From an uncultured Bacteroidota bacterium (GTDB lineage: Bacteria; Bacteroidota; Bacteroidia; UKL13-3): 48,042 nucleotides of DNA. The notes beneath the pieces are model-generated. The model was not told the origin of the DNA and ran no database searches. It saw only the letters and a program-made list of their open reading frames with translations. Position 1 is the first letter of the stretch. The number at the start of each line of letters is the position of its first letter. Shown here one piece after another: positions 47,349 to 48,042 of this stretch. The position numbers and the translations under genes are program-made. Location: contig CAIYNF010000158.1 in assembly GCA_903927505.1 (NCBI GenBank), positions 1 to 48,042 on the forward strand, given 5' to 3'.

Positions 47349-48042
47349 TTACTTTCTATGGATAATGCCCGGAACGGGCTGTGCGGTAGGCATCACAATC
47401 ATTTCATTGATGTTTACATGTGCTGGACGACTGATGGCATAATAAATGGCATCTGCAATATCACTGGCCAATAAATTATCAAATCCTTGGTAAACTGCTT
47501 TTGCTTTTTCTTCATCGCCATGGAAACGAACAAGAGAGAATTCTGTTTCTACTGCTCCCGGATAAATTCCAGTAACCCTAATTGGGTATGCCGATAATTC
47601 TATGCGCATGGCTTTGTTTAAAGCATCAACCGCAAATTTTGTAGCACAGTAAACATTTCCATTTGCGTATACTTCTTTTCCTGCAATGCTGCTAATATTT
47701 ACAACATGCCCTGTTTTTCTTTCAATCATGCCAGGAATTACCAAACGAGATATATACAATAAACCTTTTACATTGGTATCTATCATGGCTTCCCAATCGC
47801 CTAAGGCGCCTTTATCAATGGTGCTCAAGCCACTTGCTAAACCTGCATTGTTAACTAAAACATCAATGGCTTGAAAATCTTTTGGCAATGCATCTACAGC
47901 AATTTGCACTTCTTCTTTGTATCGAATATCAAAAATAGCCGCATGTGATGCTGTGCCAAATTCGGCCTTCAATTGCGCTTGTAAAGCCAAAATTCTATCT
48001 GCTCGCCTTCCACTTAAAATTAAATTATATCCGTTTTGCGCC
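47349..48042 (-). CDS. SDR oxidoreductase (YdfG-like), 5'-truncated by the window edge
   Basis: Frame is open to the window end (…GYNLILSGRR…); NNAG, TNVKG, YCATK, PGAVETEFS. Confidence 0.92.
   Translation of the reverse strand, partial: AQNGYNLILSGRRADRILALQAQLKAEFGTASHAAIFDIRYKEEVQIAVDALPKDFQAIDVLVNNAGLASGLSTIDKGALGDWEAMIDTNVKGLLYISRLVIPGMIERKTGHVVNISSIAGKEVYANGNVYCATKFAVDALNKAMRIELSAYPIRVTGIYPGAVETEFSLVRFHGDEEKAKAVYQGFDNLLASDIADAIYYAISRPAHVNINEMIVMPTAQPVPGIIHRK

Noticed and set aside
1037-47874. Numerous 60-175 aa antisense or alternate-frame ORFs in the track (e.g. 1037-1459, 7203-7595, 25105-25632, 37788-38204)
   Set aside because: They lie within well-supported genes and have no recognisable motifs; treated as shadow ORFs.
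1-48042. tRNA, rRNA, prophage, IS or anti-phage defence genes
   Set aside because: Intergenic gaps are short with no cloverleaf or rRNA-like sequence seen, and no integrase, transposase or defence motifs were recognised by eye.

Overview
AT-rich, gene-dense chromosomal segment of a free-living Bacteroidota bacterium. The assignment rests on T9SS C-terminal sorting domains, a PorV-family gene, TAnnTTTG -7 promoter boxes and mostly SD-less starts. Most of the window is housekeeping: recO, ruvC, greA, rsmA, a leucyl aminopeptidase, pdxA, yceD-rpmF-plsX-fabH-accB-accC, ahcY, a fused 2-oxoacid dehydrogenase E1, a photolyase, rho, typA and a +1-frameshifted prfB. Three poorly understood modules stand out. 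(1) A 9-kb cassette of a very large non-SusC TonB-dependent receptor, a 1290-aa T9SS cargo protein and a PorV-family barrel (7765-16623). (2) A redoxin paired with a lipoprotein that fuses a CxxCH cytochrome c motif to a PHM/DBH-type copper monooxygenase-like domain (26387-28284). (3) A His/Cys-rich HYC_CC_PP protein, a periplasmic HMA protein and a Cys-Cys TonB receptor, with an 11-bp inverted repeat that could sequester the HMA translation start, suggesting a metal-sensing leader (41194-44292). Also present are two GTAG-type REP-like palindrome clusters, a promoter box immediately ahead of a terminator in the greA leader, and an Asn-rich prion-like insert in Rho. I saw no rRNA, tRNA, CRISPR array or transposase. 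All family calls come from recalled motifs, not database searches.
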